From a virus: a stretch of 64,000 nt of DNA. The stretch lies in IMG/VR virus record IMGVR_UViG_3300045988_122291, positions 1 to 64,000 of that record. The stretch is one strand, 5' to 3'. Under the pieces are notes generated by a model. It made no database searches, was not told the DNA's origin, and was given only the letters and a program-made list of their open reading frames with translations. The position numbers were made by a program, and so were the translations under genes. Positions 44,005 to 51,997 of the stretch are shown piece by piece (position 1 is the first letter of the stretch; every line of letters starts with the position of its first letter).

Positions 44005-44517
44005 TTATAAGTGTTGTACATAGTTTTCTTTATGAATAGTGCTGTGTTTGTCATTGTGGCGATTAACCCAAACAGTGCGAACAACAGCAGTACCATCTGC
44101 GTTCAAAATGATAGCGGCACAGGTGTCTTTATCAGGGAACTTGTTATTCTGCAAGCGAACAACAACCTTAGTTACGTTGCCAAGTTCAAATTCAGCTTCA
44201 ATTACTTCGCCGTGCAACATAGCTTTATAGCAATTATGAGGAAGGTGAAGTTCAGAAACACGCTTGAAATAGTGTCGTGTAGGGATAATAGTGTATTTCT
44301 TTCTCAAGGCGTACTGTACGGCATATTCAACTTCATCACACCAGAATACGTTCTTATTAAAAGTGCCGTCAAGAGAATGAATAAAAGTGTTAAAAAGATA
44401 ACTGTTAAGAGAATGGGACAAACAACTCCAAGGATAAGAGCAACCTTTGATAGACTGTTTTGCGCCGTTAATCTTAAAGTAGTCATCGTGAATGTCCACA
44501 TCAAAAGTAATCTTCAT
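44005..44517 (-). CDS. hypothetical protein
   Basis: 170-aa ORF with RBS AAGGAGAG. No motif recognised. Confidence 0.5.
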   Translation of the reverse strand: MKITFDVDIHDDYFKINGAKQSIKGCSYPWSCLSHSLNSYLFNTFIHSLDGTFNKNVFWCDEVEYAVQYALRKKYTIIPTRHYFKRVSELHLPHNCYKAMLHGEVIEAEFELGNVTKVVVRLQNNKFPDKDTCAAIILNADGTAVVRTVWVNRHNDKHSTIHKENYVQHL

Positions 44518-44531
44518 TTTAATCTCTCCTT

Positions 44532-44589
44532 AAAAAACAATACTTCTTGTTCATATAGATAGTATATCACAAGAAGTATTGTAAGTCAA
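44532..44589 (-). promoter_or_regulatory. nested terminator-promoter cassette
   Basis: Minus strand: TTGACT (44589-44584), 17-nt spacer ending TGA, TATACT (44566-44561). Perfect 14-bp inverted repeat 44582-44569 / 44550-44537, so the 5' arm lies in the spacer and the -10 lies in the loop. T6 and AAGGAGAG follow. Confidence 0.6.
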
Positions 44590-44596
44590 GGGTTAT

Positions 44597-44833
44597 TTAG
44601 TTGTCAGAATTAAATAGTGTAACATTACAGTCAATCATGATAACATGGTTGTTGTTATAAGAATAGGTAACGTTATCTACACGAGCAATTTCACAACCAT
44701 TAGGTGAAGTGTAAATATATTCGCCTACACGCGGAGTGGGAGAACCAAGTGGCACTTCCCATTGTACATACGCATAGTCATTGTAATAACCTGTTTCTGC
44801 ATCAAGGTCAAATAGTCTGATTAGTGTGTTCAT
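44597..44833 (-). CDS. hypothetical small protein
   Basis: 78-aa ORF whose start overlaps the nrdG stop. Confidence 0.45.
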   Translation of the reverse strand: MNTLIRLFDLDAETGYYNDYAYVQWEVPLGSPTPRVGEYIYTSPNGCEIARVDNVTYSYNNNHVIMIDCNVTLFNSDN

Positions 44834-45354
44834 TAAGTTCCCTCCATTAGAATAGGTTCTTTGTGATTGATAGACATACGAGAAAGGATGACACGCTGAT
44901 TACTTGAGCCACGCCATTTAAGCGTAAGGTCGCGCAGAGAATCAACATATTGTCCATCTACTACTACGTCACATAATGATATTAGGTTTTGGCGGTAGAT
45001 TCTCATGTCAGATTCATCGTTCCATATATCTTCCCACTTAAAGCCAGTCCATAGCCATACTGTTTTACCAAGGCTACGAGCGGTTAAAGCAAGTTGATTC
45101 ATAATGTGAAAGCCTGTGCTGTCTTGACATAGTGGGTCGCCACCTGTGAATGTAATTCCACTGCACCAAGGTTGGTGAAGTGTATCACAAACGAAATTAA
45201 ATTGTTCTTCACTAAATTCATCGCCATTACGGCTATCCCATGTTTCTGGGTTAAAGCAGTTTTTACAATGATGATTACAACCAGATACCCAAACTACGCA
45301 ACGTAAACCGCTACCGTTATTCATGTTACAAGAGTCAATTTTAATATAGTTCAT
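44833..45354 (-). CDS. nrdG: anaerobic ribonucleotide reductase activating protein (radical SAM)
   Basis: GCNHHCKNCFN (CxxxCxxC cluster), GGDP and a size of 173 aa. Adjacent to nrdD. Confidence 0.85.
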   Translation of the reverse strand: MNYIKIDSCNMNNGSGLRCVVWVSGCNHHCKNCFNPETWDSRNGDEFSEEQFNFVCDTLHQPWCSGITFTGGDPLCQDSTGFHIMNQLALTARSLGKTVWLWTGFKWEDIWNDESDMRIYRQNLISLCDVVVDGQYVDSLRDLTLKWRGSSNQRVILSRMSINHKEPILMEGT

Positions 45355-45363
45355 ACTGACACC

Positions 45364-46326
45364 TCACATTGATTTACGGTCTTTGAACTCTGCGAGTTTG
45401 TGGTCTGCATACATGGTTCTGCCTTTGATTTTAGAATATCCTAAATACCCGTTCATTCTCTCAATACGAGTGATGTTTTTACTGCCACATTTAGGACATT
45501 CGTCCTTATCAATGAAAGAAGCACCGCAATCTTCACAATAATCAAGCTGTAGATTTACACCTTCATAGAAGCCCATATCCATTGCTCTACGAATGAGAGT
45601 TTTCATTGCTTCAATATTGTAGTCTGTAGTATAACGGCAGTATTGAATATTACCACCATTGCAGAGATGGAACATTGGATATTCAATATCTTGCTTTTGA
45701 ATAGGTGAAATATCTTCCCATACACCACAATGGAATGAATTAGAAGTGTAAGGACGGTCAGATACGCCCTTAATAATGCCGTATTTCTTGCGGAACTGCT
45801 CGACCTGCAAACCGCAAAGGGATTCAGCAGGAGTTCCGTAAAGAGCATATAGAATGTTGTCGATTTTCTTATACTTTTCAGCATAATCATTGATAAACTT
45901 CAGAACTTCAATAGCAAAAGTATTATCTTCAGCAATGGTTTTACCGTTGTACAGTACACTGGTTTCATTGAGTGCAGTAATACCAAAACTCATTGTCATA
46001 GGACGAAGGAAATCTTCGCCAATTTCTTCTTCTGGGTCAAAGTGACCGTTAAGGAAACCGCCTTGACAGAAAGCAAGTGGGTTAGTACCAGCTTTCTTGT
46101 GAGAAAGATAAGTAAATGTGCGCTTATGAATAGCGCGGCACATATCAAGATAATAAGTTAGTACATCATAAAAATCCTTGTTTTCTTGCTTTGCCTTAGC
46201 AAGAATCATAGGAAAGTGAAGAGAGATTGCTCCGAGGTTACAACGCCCTTCATATACAGGCTTGTCTTGGTCATCTGCGGGGTACATACCGCCACGCTCA
46301 TACCAAGGTGAAAGATTTGCTCGACA
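45364..46326 (-). CDS. nrdD: anaerobic ribonucleoside-triphosphate reductase, exon 2
   Basis: CRANLSPW continues the conserved MGCR motif. Contains GRCNLGAISL, the C-terminal zinc site CEDCG...CPKCG, and the glycyl-radical motif RMNGYLGY. Confidence 0.85.
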   Translation of the reverse strand, partial: CRANLSPWYERGGMYPADDQDKPVYEGRCNLGAISLHFPMILAKAKQENKDFYDVLTYYLDMCRAIHKRTFTYLSHKKAGTNPLAFCQGGFLNGHFDPEEEIGEDFLRPMTMSFGITALNETSVLYNGKTIAEDNTFAIEVLKFINDYAEKYKKIDNILYALYGTPAESLCGLQVEQFRKKYGIIKGVSDRPYTSNSFHCGVWEDISPIQKQDIEYPMFHLCNGGNIQYCRYTTDYNIEAMKTLIRRAMDMGFYEGVNLQLDYCEDCGASFIDKDECPKCGSKNITRIERMNGYLGYSKIKGRTMYADHKLAEFKDRKSM

Positions 46327-47147
46327 CAAGGGAATTATATCCCTTAGACTATATCATAATTGTTTGGTCAATTCTTCGCGCTTCCATAGCAAGAATTGCA
46401 CTTGCTATGTACTCTACTCGGTTACTTTCTGATACAACCCAAATTACATATCAGATACCCTTTTGATAGTCGTTTAACATACATATTCAAATTTGTAATT
46501 ATCAAAATAATTAGGACTTAGTTCGCCTTTTAGCACTCGCGCAATTTTGTGCCTATCCATATGTAAGCACCTACCAGCTTCACGAATAGAAGTGAAATTT
46601 TGCACATTGCCTTCTTTGTCAATAGCGCGAACAGCCGTGTTGTTTTTATGTGTTCTATTGCCACTATCCCAACCATGTTGTACATTATAAGCATTAGTAC
46701 ACCATTCAAGGTTTCCAAGACGGTTGTCTGTTTTATCAGAATTGATATGGTTAACGTACTTATAATTATTAGGATTTGGAATGAAACAATGCGCTAAGAT
46801 AACATGAACTCGTTCATGTACAAAAGTGTGGTCAGGTAAACTACGCATTACTTGTATATATCCATCACTGCCTTTATGTGGGGCGACTTGATTACCTGTA
46901 CGAGAGTTATAAAAGTTAAAATTTTCATCTACCAAAAATCCGTTGTATTCTTTATATTGCATTTTATCACCTTCTTTCGTATAAAATTATTTGAATATGC
47001 TTAGCACAGCGATTATTTCATACTTTTGTATGAACCTTCCCTGTTAGCAGAGATATTAACAAACCATTTCCTGTTTGAACTTACGTTATCTCCACACCAT
47101 ATATTTATATGTTCACGAAGTTTTACATGGGCTATCGTGTCATTTCA
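46327..47147 (-). mobile_element. group I-like intron in nrdD carrying an HNH homing endonuclease
   Basis: An 821-nt insert that splits M-G|C-R. Exon 1 ends in U (47148) and the insert ends in G (46327). The in-frame stop TGA forms the first 3 nt of the insert. Structured flanks of about 185 nt (5') and 147 nt (3'). Confidence 0.7.
46474..46962 (-). CDS. HNH homing endonuclease (NUMOD4 + HNH_3 type)
   Basis: N-terminal YKEYNGFLVDENFNFYNSRTG. HNH region VNHINSDKTDNRLGNLEWCTNAYNVQHG. C-terminal FTSIREAGRCLHMDRHKI HTH-like segment. Confidence 0.8.
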   Translation of the reverse strand: MQYKEYNGFLVDENFNFYNSRTGNQVAPHKGSDGYIQVMRSLPDHTFVHERVHVILAHCFIPNPNNYKYVNHINSDKTDNRLGNLEWCTNAYNVQHGWDSGNRTHKNNTAVRAIDKEGNVQNFTSIREAGRCLHMDRHKIARVLKGELSPNYFDNYKFEYVC

Positions 47148-48335
47148 ACCCATTCGACTAATAGTTACACCATACTTTTTATAAATTTCTGGCGCATAAC
47201 CGTCACCTGTACACGAGATAAAATCAGGGTACATACATTTGCTACTGCAATCAATCGCTTCATCAAACAGCCATTCCAGTTCTTTACCTTCGCCGTGAAG
47301 TTCTTTATCATAAAGGAAACTTAGTTTAGGAAATAGTACAGGATGTTTGAAACCTTTCTTACCTTGCCCTTCCTTGCGTACTCTTAGGCAAACAGAAGAT
47401 AGCATAGATTCCATACGGTTAGTACCCAGACCAAAAGAAACAGCAGTAAACGGATAATCGCCACGACTTGAAGCCACAGAATTAAACTTCATTTCCCATG
47501 CTTGGAAACCTTGCTCTGCTTCACGAGCAACTTTATTAAAAGCATAAGTATCTGCCGCTTGTTCGAAGTCCTTGCCACCAGTATCACCTTGCCAATCTTC
47601 CACGATTGTAAAATAATCTTGGTAATATTTTTCATAACTCTTTTGAGCATAAGGAGCAAGTAGTTTATCAATTTCGCTGATTGTATAGCCACCATACTGA
47701 GCCGCCGCCATATTCATAGCAACATCAGCTACAAGGTCAAAAGCTACATCAAGGCTATGTGGTTCTTCATAATCGAGATTACCCATAGTAAATCCACCAG
47801 TAAGAATTGACTTCATATCAGCAAGGCAACAGTTTACACTATCAAGTCTTGAGCCACGGTCGTGAATATAGATATAGCCTTCAGACATAGCTTGTTCTTC
47901 TTCGATAGTAAGGAAGAATTTCTTGTAAAGTTCACTGTTTAATTCGTTATAGACAATAGCCTTTTGTGTGGTTACAAGAGCACTATCGGCATTAGCATTG
48001 CTTCTATCTCCGATAAAAGATAGAGACAGCTTTTTGCTATATACCTTATCCAACATTGAAGCAAAGGCACTCTTATTGTCACGATATTCACGATAAGATT
48101 TTGCTACCGCTGAATTAACCGAATCAAGAGCAACTTCTACCATATTGTGAATAGTATTGACAGGAACAGGAGTTTCATTGTACTGTAACTTGCCACGAAC
48201 GGTTGATACAACCTTATCTTCATCATTCTTAGATAAAGGCATACATACACGTTCCGCACTTTTTTGGATAGCTTTGCGAATCTTGTTTCCGTCAAAATTT
48301 ACGATAGCCCCATTCTTTTTAAGGACTTTAATCAT
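47148..48335 (-). CDS. nrdD: anaerobic ribonucleoside-triphosphate reductase, exon 1 (ATP-cone + catalytic N-part)
   Basis: ATP-cone start MIKVLKKNGAIVNFDGNKIRKAI. Ends ...GVTISRMG, mid-way through the conserved MGCR motif. The joined product is about 716 aa. Confidence 0.85.
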
Positions 48336-48372
48336 AAATTATCACACTCCCTTGTATATAAATTTTTATAAC

Positions 48373-48388
48373 CTACAATATTTTGTAG
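48373..48388. promoter_or_regulatory. NrdR-box-like 16-bp palindrome upstream of nrdD
   Basis: CTACAAAATATTGTAG (minus-strand reading), 37 nt upstream of the nrdD ATG. The central CAAnATATTG matches my recollection of the NrdR-box consensus. Only one good copy was seen. Confidence 0.3.
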
Positions 48389-48389
48389 A

Positions 48390-48423
48390 ATACCATAGTA
48401 ACATAAAAATGTTACTATGGTAT
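48390..48423 (-). promoter_or_regulatory. perfect 15-bp hairpin (4-nt loop) between the upstream gene and nrdD
   Basis: ATACCATAGTAACAT / ATGTTACTATGGTAT. No clear U-tract, so it may be a terminator, a processing site or an operator. Confidence 0.45.
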
Positions 48424-48444
48424 GAACAAATTGTAAACAAATTA

Positions 48445-48720
48445 TTAACAATTATTTCTATACTTTACTTTCGTTTCGCGTTCGATTTGACAAATCTTTC
48501 CGTATATTACGCTTAGTGCTTCATATTCGCGTAAATCGAGCATGCCATAACCTCGCTTAAACAGGCATTGGTATACATAATTGTATTGGTCTACCAAGTA
48601 TTGAAAAATCAGCCTTTGCGATTCATATTTAAATTGGTACTCTTGAAAGTAGTCAATGTATGTTGGGTTGCTTGGGTCGTCAAAGAACTTAACTTGAAAT
48701 TCATTGTGTAAATCAAACAT
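48445..48720 (-). CDS. hypothetical protein
   Basis: 91-aa ORF in operon. Confidence 0.45.
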   Translation of the reverse strand: MFDLHNEFQVKFFDDPSNPTYIDYFQEYQFKYESQRLIFQYLVDQYNYVYQCLFKRGYGMLDLREYEALSVIYGKICQIERETKVKYRNNC

Positions 48721-48920
48721 TACTTTAAGTCCTCATCAAAACCAATAACGCCAACTTCTGATTTATGAACAAAGATATGATTGCCATTAGCTTTCTTAAT
48801 CATCCAGTATTCTTCACTGCTAATAAATTGGTAGTTTACAACGTTGTAAAGATATAGCGAAGTACCCTGTGACGAAATAATTCTAAGTGTCTGTGGCTTA
48901 TCCATCAATTTACACCTCAC
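48720..48920 (-). CDS. hypothetical small protein
   Basis: 66-aa ORF, coupled at both ends. Confidence 0.4.
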   Translation of the reverse strand: MRCKLMDKPQTLRIISSQGTSLYLYNVVNYQFISSEEYWMIKKANGNHIFVHKSEVGVIGFDEDLK

Positions 48921-49405
48921 TTCACGCTAATGCTCTTGTTCTCCACCAGCTTAACGCCATGTAGCGGAGTACCACTTTGTACCATCTTCTTGAGGTCAGC
49001 CTTACTATACTTGTAAGTTTCAATCTTAGTGCATAGGTCTTTGTGGAACTTGAGAAATTCTTCTTCGTTGACTTCGGTACTTGTAGACTTACGGAAAGAA
49101 ATCTTGCAACGCGCGGTTTCAAACTTGCTACCTTGCAGGTCATCGGACAGCATAGCCTTTAGACGATTGATAAGATTTTCCTTGACCTTTCTGCGTTTTG
49201 CAAGATTGACTTCTTCCTTCTTGATAGCGTCACACTCAGCTTCAACAGACTTAATATAGCAAGCGATGTTCTCAATCTTTTCGTCATGTGCTACTTGAAG
49301 CTGGTCAAGTAGCGACATATCGGTAAGGATTTCGCCAGTTTCTTCGTCAATCTCGATGTTGTTCATAAAGTCGAGAATCTGAGAGTTAATATCATATAGT
49401 GTCAT
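48917..49405 (-). CDS. Sipho_Gp157-like protein
   Basis: MTLYDINSQILDFMNN...KIENIACYIKSVEAECDAIKKEEVNLAKRRK...LKAML...GVKLVENKSISVK follows the Gp157 family pattern (N-terminal LY.L, central coiled coil, C-terminal G..L......). Confidence 0.6.
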   Translation of the reverse strand: MTLYDINSQILDFMNNIEIDEETGEILTDMSLLDQLQVAHDEKIENIACYIKSVEAECDAIKKEEVNLAKRRKVKENLINRLKAMLSDDLQGSKFETARCKISFRKSTSTEVNEEEFLKFHKDLCTKIETYKYSKADLKKMVQSGTPLHGVKLVENKSISVK

Positions 49406-49427
49406 TTTGATTCCTCCATTAAATGGT

Positions 49428-49892
49428 TTATAGTTCTACGTTTTCGATTTCAGCGCGTACTTCAAGCGTATGCAGATACTCGCTCATTACATTTGCTTGA
49501 TGTTCAAGAAGCTCAATAGGACAATTCGGCTCAAAGTCAAGTTTTCCAGCTTCATACTTTACCAGCATATGGTGTAGAAGGGTGTATTTATTCTTGAGTT
49601 CGTGATACTCGTCAATCATACGGCTTACATAAGCAGGAACTTCTTCGACAGGTTCGTTTTCAGTAGGCTCATTCTCGCAATCACAAGAGTCATTACGAAG
49701 GGCAACCTTAAATTCAAAGTTGCCATTTCCGTTTTCGGGATAATTTTCTGCTTCAACTTTAACACTGTATACAGTAAATTTCGGCATAATTGCAATAATA
49801 TTTTCAATCTTGCCGCAATATGGCACGTTATTTGTTTCGAGTCGTTCAATCAGGTCGTCAACATCAATTAGTTCCTTCATCTGTGTTTTCAT
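49428..49892 (-). CDS. hypothetical protein
   Basis: Start moved to the ATG after AAAGGAG (MKTQMKELID...). The C-terminal DEYHELKNKYTLLHHMLVKYEAGKLDFEPNCPIELLEHQ segment is a helix module widespread in phages. Confidence 0.5.
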   Translation of the reverse strand: MKTQMKELIDVDDLIERLETNNVPYCGKIENIIAIMPKFTVYSVKVEAENYPENGNGNFEFKVALRNDSCDCENEPTENEPVEEVPAYVSRMIDEYHELKNKYTLLHHMLVKYEAGKLDFEPNCPIELLEHQANVMSEYLHTLEVRAEIENVEL

Positions 49893-50079
49893 AGTGTTTT
49901 CTCCTTTTACTAATTTTAATACATTTGTGTCCACCGTGTCGTGTACCGTTAATTTTTACTTGCTTTTCAGTTACCTTTTCGATAGTTCCTTCTTCAAAGT
50001 TGGCTGAAGTGCTTGTTTCATGAATATAAACAACAGTATTTCCGACACGAAGTTCTTTACCAAAGTAATCTCGTGCCAT
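49864..50079 (-). CDS. hypothetical small protein
   Basis: 71-aa ORF with a KOW/SH3-like pattern (VGNTVVYIHE...GTIEKVTEKQVKING). Confidence 0.4.
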   Translation of the reverse strand: MARDYFGKELRVGNTVVYIHETSTSANFEEGTIEKVTEKQVKINGTRHGGHKCIKISKRRKHYENTDEGTN

Positions 50080-50084
50080 GAAAG

Positions 50085-50369
50085 TTATACCTTTTCGTAT
50101 GTTTTCTCGAACACATCCGGCTTGCAGGGGTAAAACTCACCGTTTACACCCTTGATGATGTAGTCACCGATTTCAGCGTATATTATGCCCTCAAGGCTGT
50201 CGATGAGTAATCTCCACTCCGTGGTACGTCCTTCCGTGTCTTGCCGGGCGGGAGTAAAAAACGCACCGTGAGTGCAGAAAGTACGGATTTCCTCTCGGTT
50301 CTCACCTGTCCACTGGACAGCTTTGATAACCACGGGCTTCTTACGATATTTCATAACCATTTTCTTCAC
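50085..50369 (-). CDS. hypothetical conserved phage protein
   Basis: KKPVVIKAVQWTGEN...GDYIIKGVNGEFYPCKPDVFEKTYE is a pattern seen in many phage genomes. Function unknown. Confidence 0.5.
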   Translation of the reverse strand: MKKMVMKYRKKPVVIKAVQWTGENREEIRTFCTHGAFFTPARQDTEGRTTEWRLLIDSLEGIIYAEIGDYIIKGVNGEFYPCKPDVFEKTYEKV

Positions 50370-50563
50370 TCTCCAAAAATCATAATATATTTAGTTCCAT
50401 GTTCGGGGTCATGCTTGCGTAACCAATCCTTAAATTCCTTGTCAGTAGAACAACGATACATCATATTTTGTATTTCGTTCAAGTTTTGACGAATTGTGTC
50501 AAGGTCTTTGCGAACGCCGTTGATTAAAATTAAAATATCATTGCAAGATTTTAGGTTGACCAT
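50366..50563 (-). CDS. hypothetical small protein
   Basis: 65-aa ORF. Confidence 0.4.
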   Translation of the reverse strand: MVNLKSCNDILILINGVRKDLDTIRQNLNEIQNMMYRCSTDKEFKDWLRKHDPEHGTKYIMIFGE

Positions 50564-50718
50564 GTTTCTTTTTCCTCTCGCTGTTTTTCTCTTTCCAGTA
50601 GCTCTAAAAGAATAGTATAAAGCGCTACATCTCGTGAGCTATATGCGTGATTTGTTCCTCGAATTGGTTCGGGCTTTAAGTATTCCTTACATTCTTTGAT
50701 AGCTTCGTTAATTGTCAA
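50551..50718 (-). CDS. unlisted TTG-start small ORF (55 aa)
   Basis: Fills an apparent 160-nt gap. TTG lies 8 nt after AAAGGAG. Translation is LTINEAIKECKEYLKPEPIRG...LLELLEREKQREEKETWST. Its stop overlaps the next ATG (ATGGTCAACCTAA). Confidence 0.35.
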   Translation of the reverse strand: MTINEAIKECKEYLKPEPIRGTNHAYSSRDVALYTILLELLEREKQREEKETWST

Positions 50719-50723
50719 TTATA

Positions 50724-50948
50724 TCACTCCTTTCTAATATCAATACCAGCGTATCTTAGAATATCGTATAAATCTTCGCTTAAATTGCCCACATAATCGC
50801 CATTTTCATCATAAAAGCTGTATGAAGTATAAGGCTTTGCTGTGATACCAGTGGCATCATACAACTTAGTGAAAAACACTTCGTCAACGCCATCGTATTC
50901 AAGATAGTCGTTTAATTCATTGAATTGCTTTTGAGAGATTGTTCTCAT
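50724..50948 (-). CDS. hypothetical small protein
   Basis: 74-aa ORF. Confidence 0.4.
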   Translation of the reverse strand: MRTISQKQFNELNDYLEYDGVDEVFFTKLYDATGITAKPYTSYSFYDENGDYVGNLSEDLYDILRYAGIDIRKE

Positions 50949-51190
50949 TCTAATTCCTCCTGCAAGTCCATATTCACTGTTTCAGTACCACAAGCGTTCG
51001 GCTGTACCTTATACTCAAAGCCATACTGTTTCTCATAACCTTGCAACACACCTTCGATAGCTTCATAGCCTGTATCGAACCTATGAACATCATGGTTTGC
51101 CTTGTCAATTAGCTGTTCTGGGTCAATTTCATCTTCACATTCAACAATGTGATAGTGCTTAGTTAGTTCAACAATTAGATACTTAGCCAT
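50945..51190 (-). CDS. hypothetical small acidic protein
   Basis: 81-aa ORF preceded by the repeated AAGGAGAAAACCAATGG junction. Confidence 0.45.
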   Translation of the reverse strand: MAKYLIVELTKHYHIVECEDEIDPEQLIDKANHDVHRFDTGYEAIEGVLQGYEKQYGFEYKVQPNACGTETVNMDLQEELE

Positions 51191-51380
51191 TGGTTTTCTC
51201 CTTTAGTGCGTCGATAATATTAGCAATTCCCTTTGCACAATCTTCGCACACCTCTGGATAATTCCTCGTGTGTGGAGCACGGCACATTCTATTTTTGCTA
51301 ATAATCGTAATATTATATACGTTTACTTGCTCAAGTGCAGACAGTTCCTTACCGCATACGTCACAAAAACATTTAACCAT
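51183..51380 (-). CDS. hypothetical zinc-ribbon protein
   Basis: Start moved to MVKCFCDVCG (ATG 51380, after AAGGAGAAAACC). CDVCG...CEDC. Confidence 0.45.
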   Translation of the reverse strand: MVKCFCDVCGKELSALEQVNVYNITIISKNRMCRAPHTRNYPEVCEDCAKGIANIIDALKEKTNG

Positions 51381-51636
51381 TGGTTTTCTCCTTTCCATCT
51401 TTAATCGGATATTTTTGGAACATATTATATTGCCAAAACTCATTAACTGGACATAGATACATTGGTGTTTTGAAGATATAAAACATTTCACCAGTATTTT
51501 CATCTAAAGCAAAATGACTATGCTCATTCCAAATTAACTTAAATTGTTTGCCGAATTGTTCTTTTAGCCATTCTTCTTTAATCTTGTTTTTGCCATGATT
51601 TTCGCCCACTCGTGGCTGATATTTAAACCTTTTCAT
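51373..51636 (-). CDS. hypothetical protein
   Basis: Start moved to the ATG after AGAGAGGA (MKRFKYQPRV...). Confidence 0.45.
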   Translation of the reverse strand: MKRFKYQPRVGENHGKNKIKEEWLKEQFGKQFKLIWNEHSHFALDENTGEMFYIFKTPMYLCPVNEFWQYNMFQKYPIKDGKEKTNG

Positions 51637-51647
51637 TTTAATCCTCT

Positions 51648-51938
51648 CTAATTTCGCATACATCCCATTGTTCTATCTACAACTTCTTCAACTTGATACT
51701 GAATGATTTTTGCGATTGGAACATTTCTATAAAGAATGAAATGTGCAATTTCGTTGTTATCGCACTTGTTGCATAAATCTTTAACTGCTTCTTCTTGTGT
51801 ATTAAATTCACATGAGCAAATATGTCCTTTAGTAATATTTACAAAAGAATATTTTTTAGTAAATTTATGTTGCATAATCGTACACACACATTTAGTATCA
51901 TCATTCTTTGTCACAACAATTATTGGCAGGAAAACCAT
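51648..51938 (-). CDS. hypothetical Cys-rich protein
   Basis: 96-aa ORF. Confidence 0.4.
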   Translation of the reverse strand: MVFLPIIVVTKNDDTKCVCTIMQHKFTKKYSFVNITKGHICSCEFNTQEEAVKDLCNKCDNNEIAHFILYRNVPIAKIIQYQVEEVVDRTMGCMRN

Positions 51939-51968
51939 TATTTACACCTCTTTTAATTGATTGATTAT

Positions 51969-51997
51969 ATTTTACCTTACATCAATCGCTTTGTCAA
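51969..51997 (-). promoter_or_regulatory. candidate promoter inside the 3' end of the methyltransferase gene
   Basis: Minus strand: TTGACA (51997-51992), 17-nt spacer, TAAAAT (51974-51969). Located about 30 nt upstream of the next start. Confidence 0.35.

Noticed and set aside
44011-44562. 183-aa plus-strand ORF opposite 44005-44517
   Set aside because: It runs through the promoter/terminator cassette and has no RBS. The minus-strand gene fits the operon and has AAGGAGAG.
3257-48335. Inteins as the cause of the interrupted genes
   Set aside because: Every insert contains in-frame stop codons at or near its 5' end and long non-coding stretches. The endonuclease ORFs are in different frames from the host genes. 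Protein splicing is therefore impossible.
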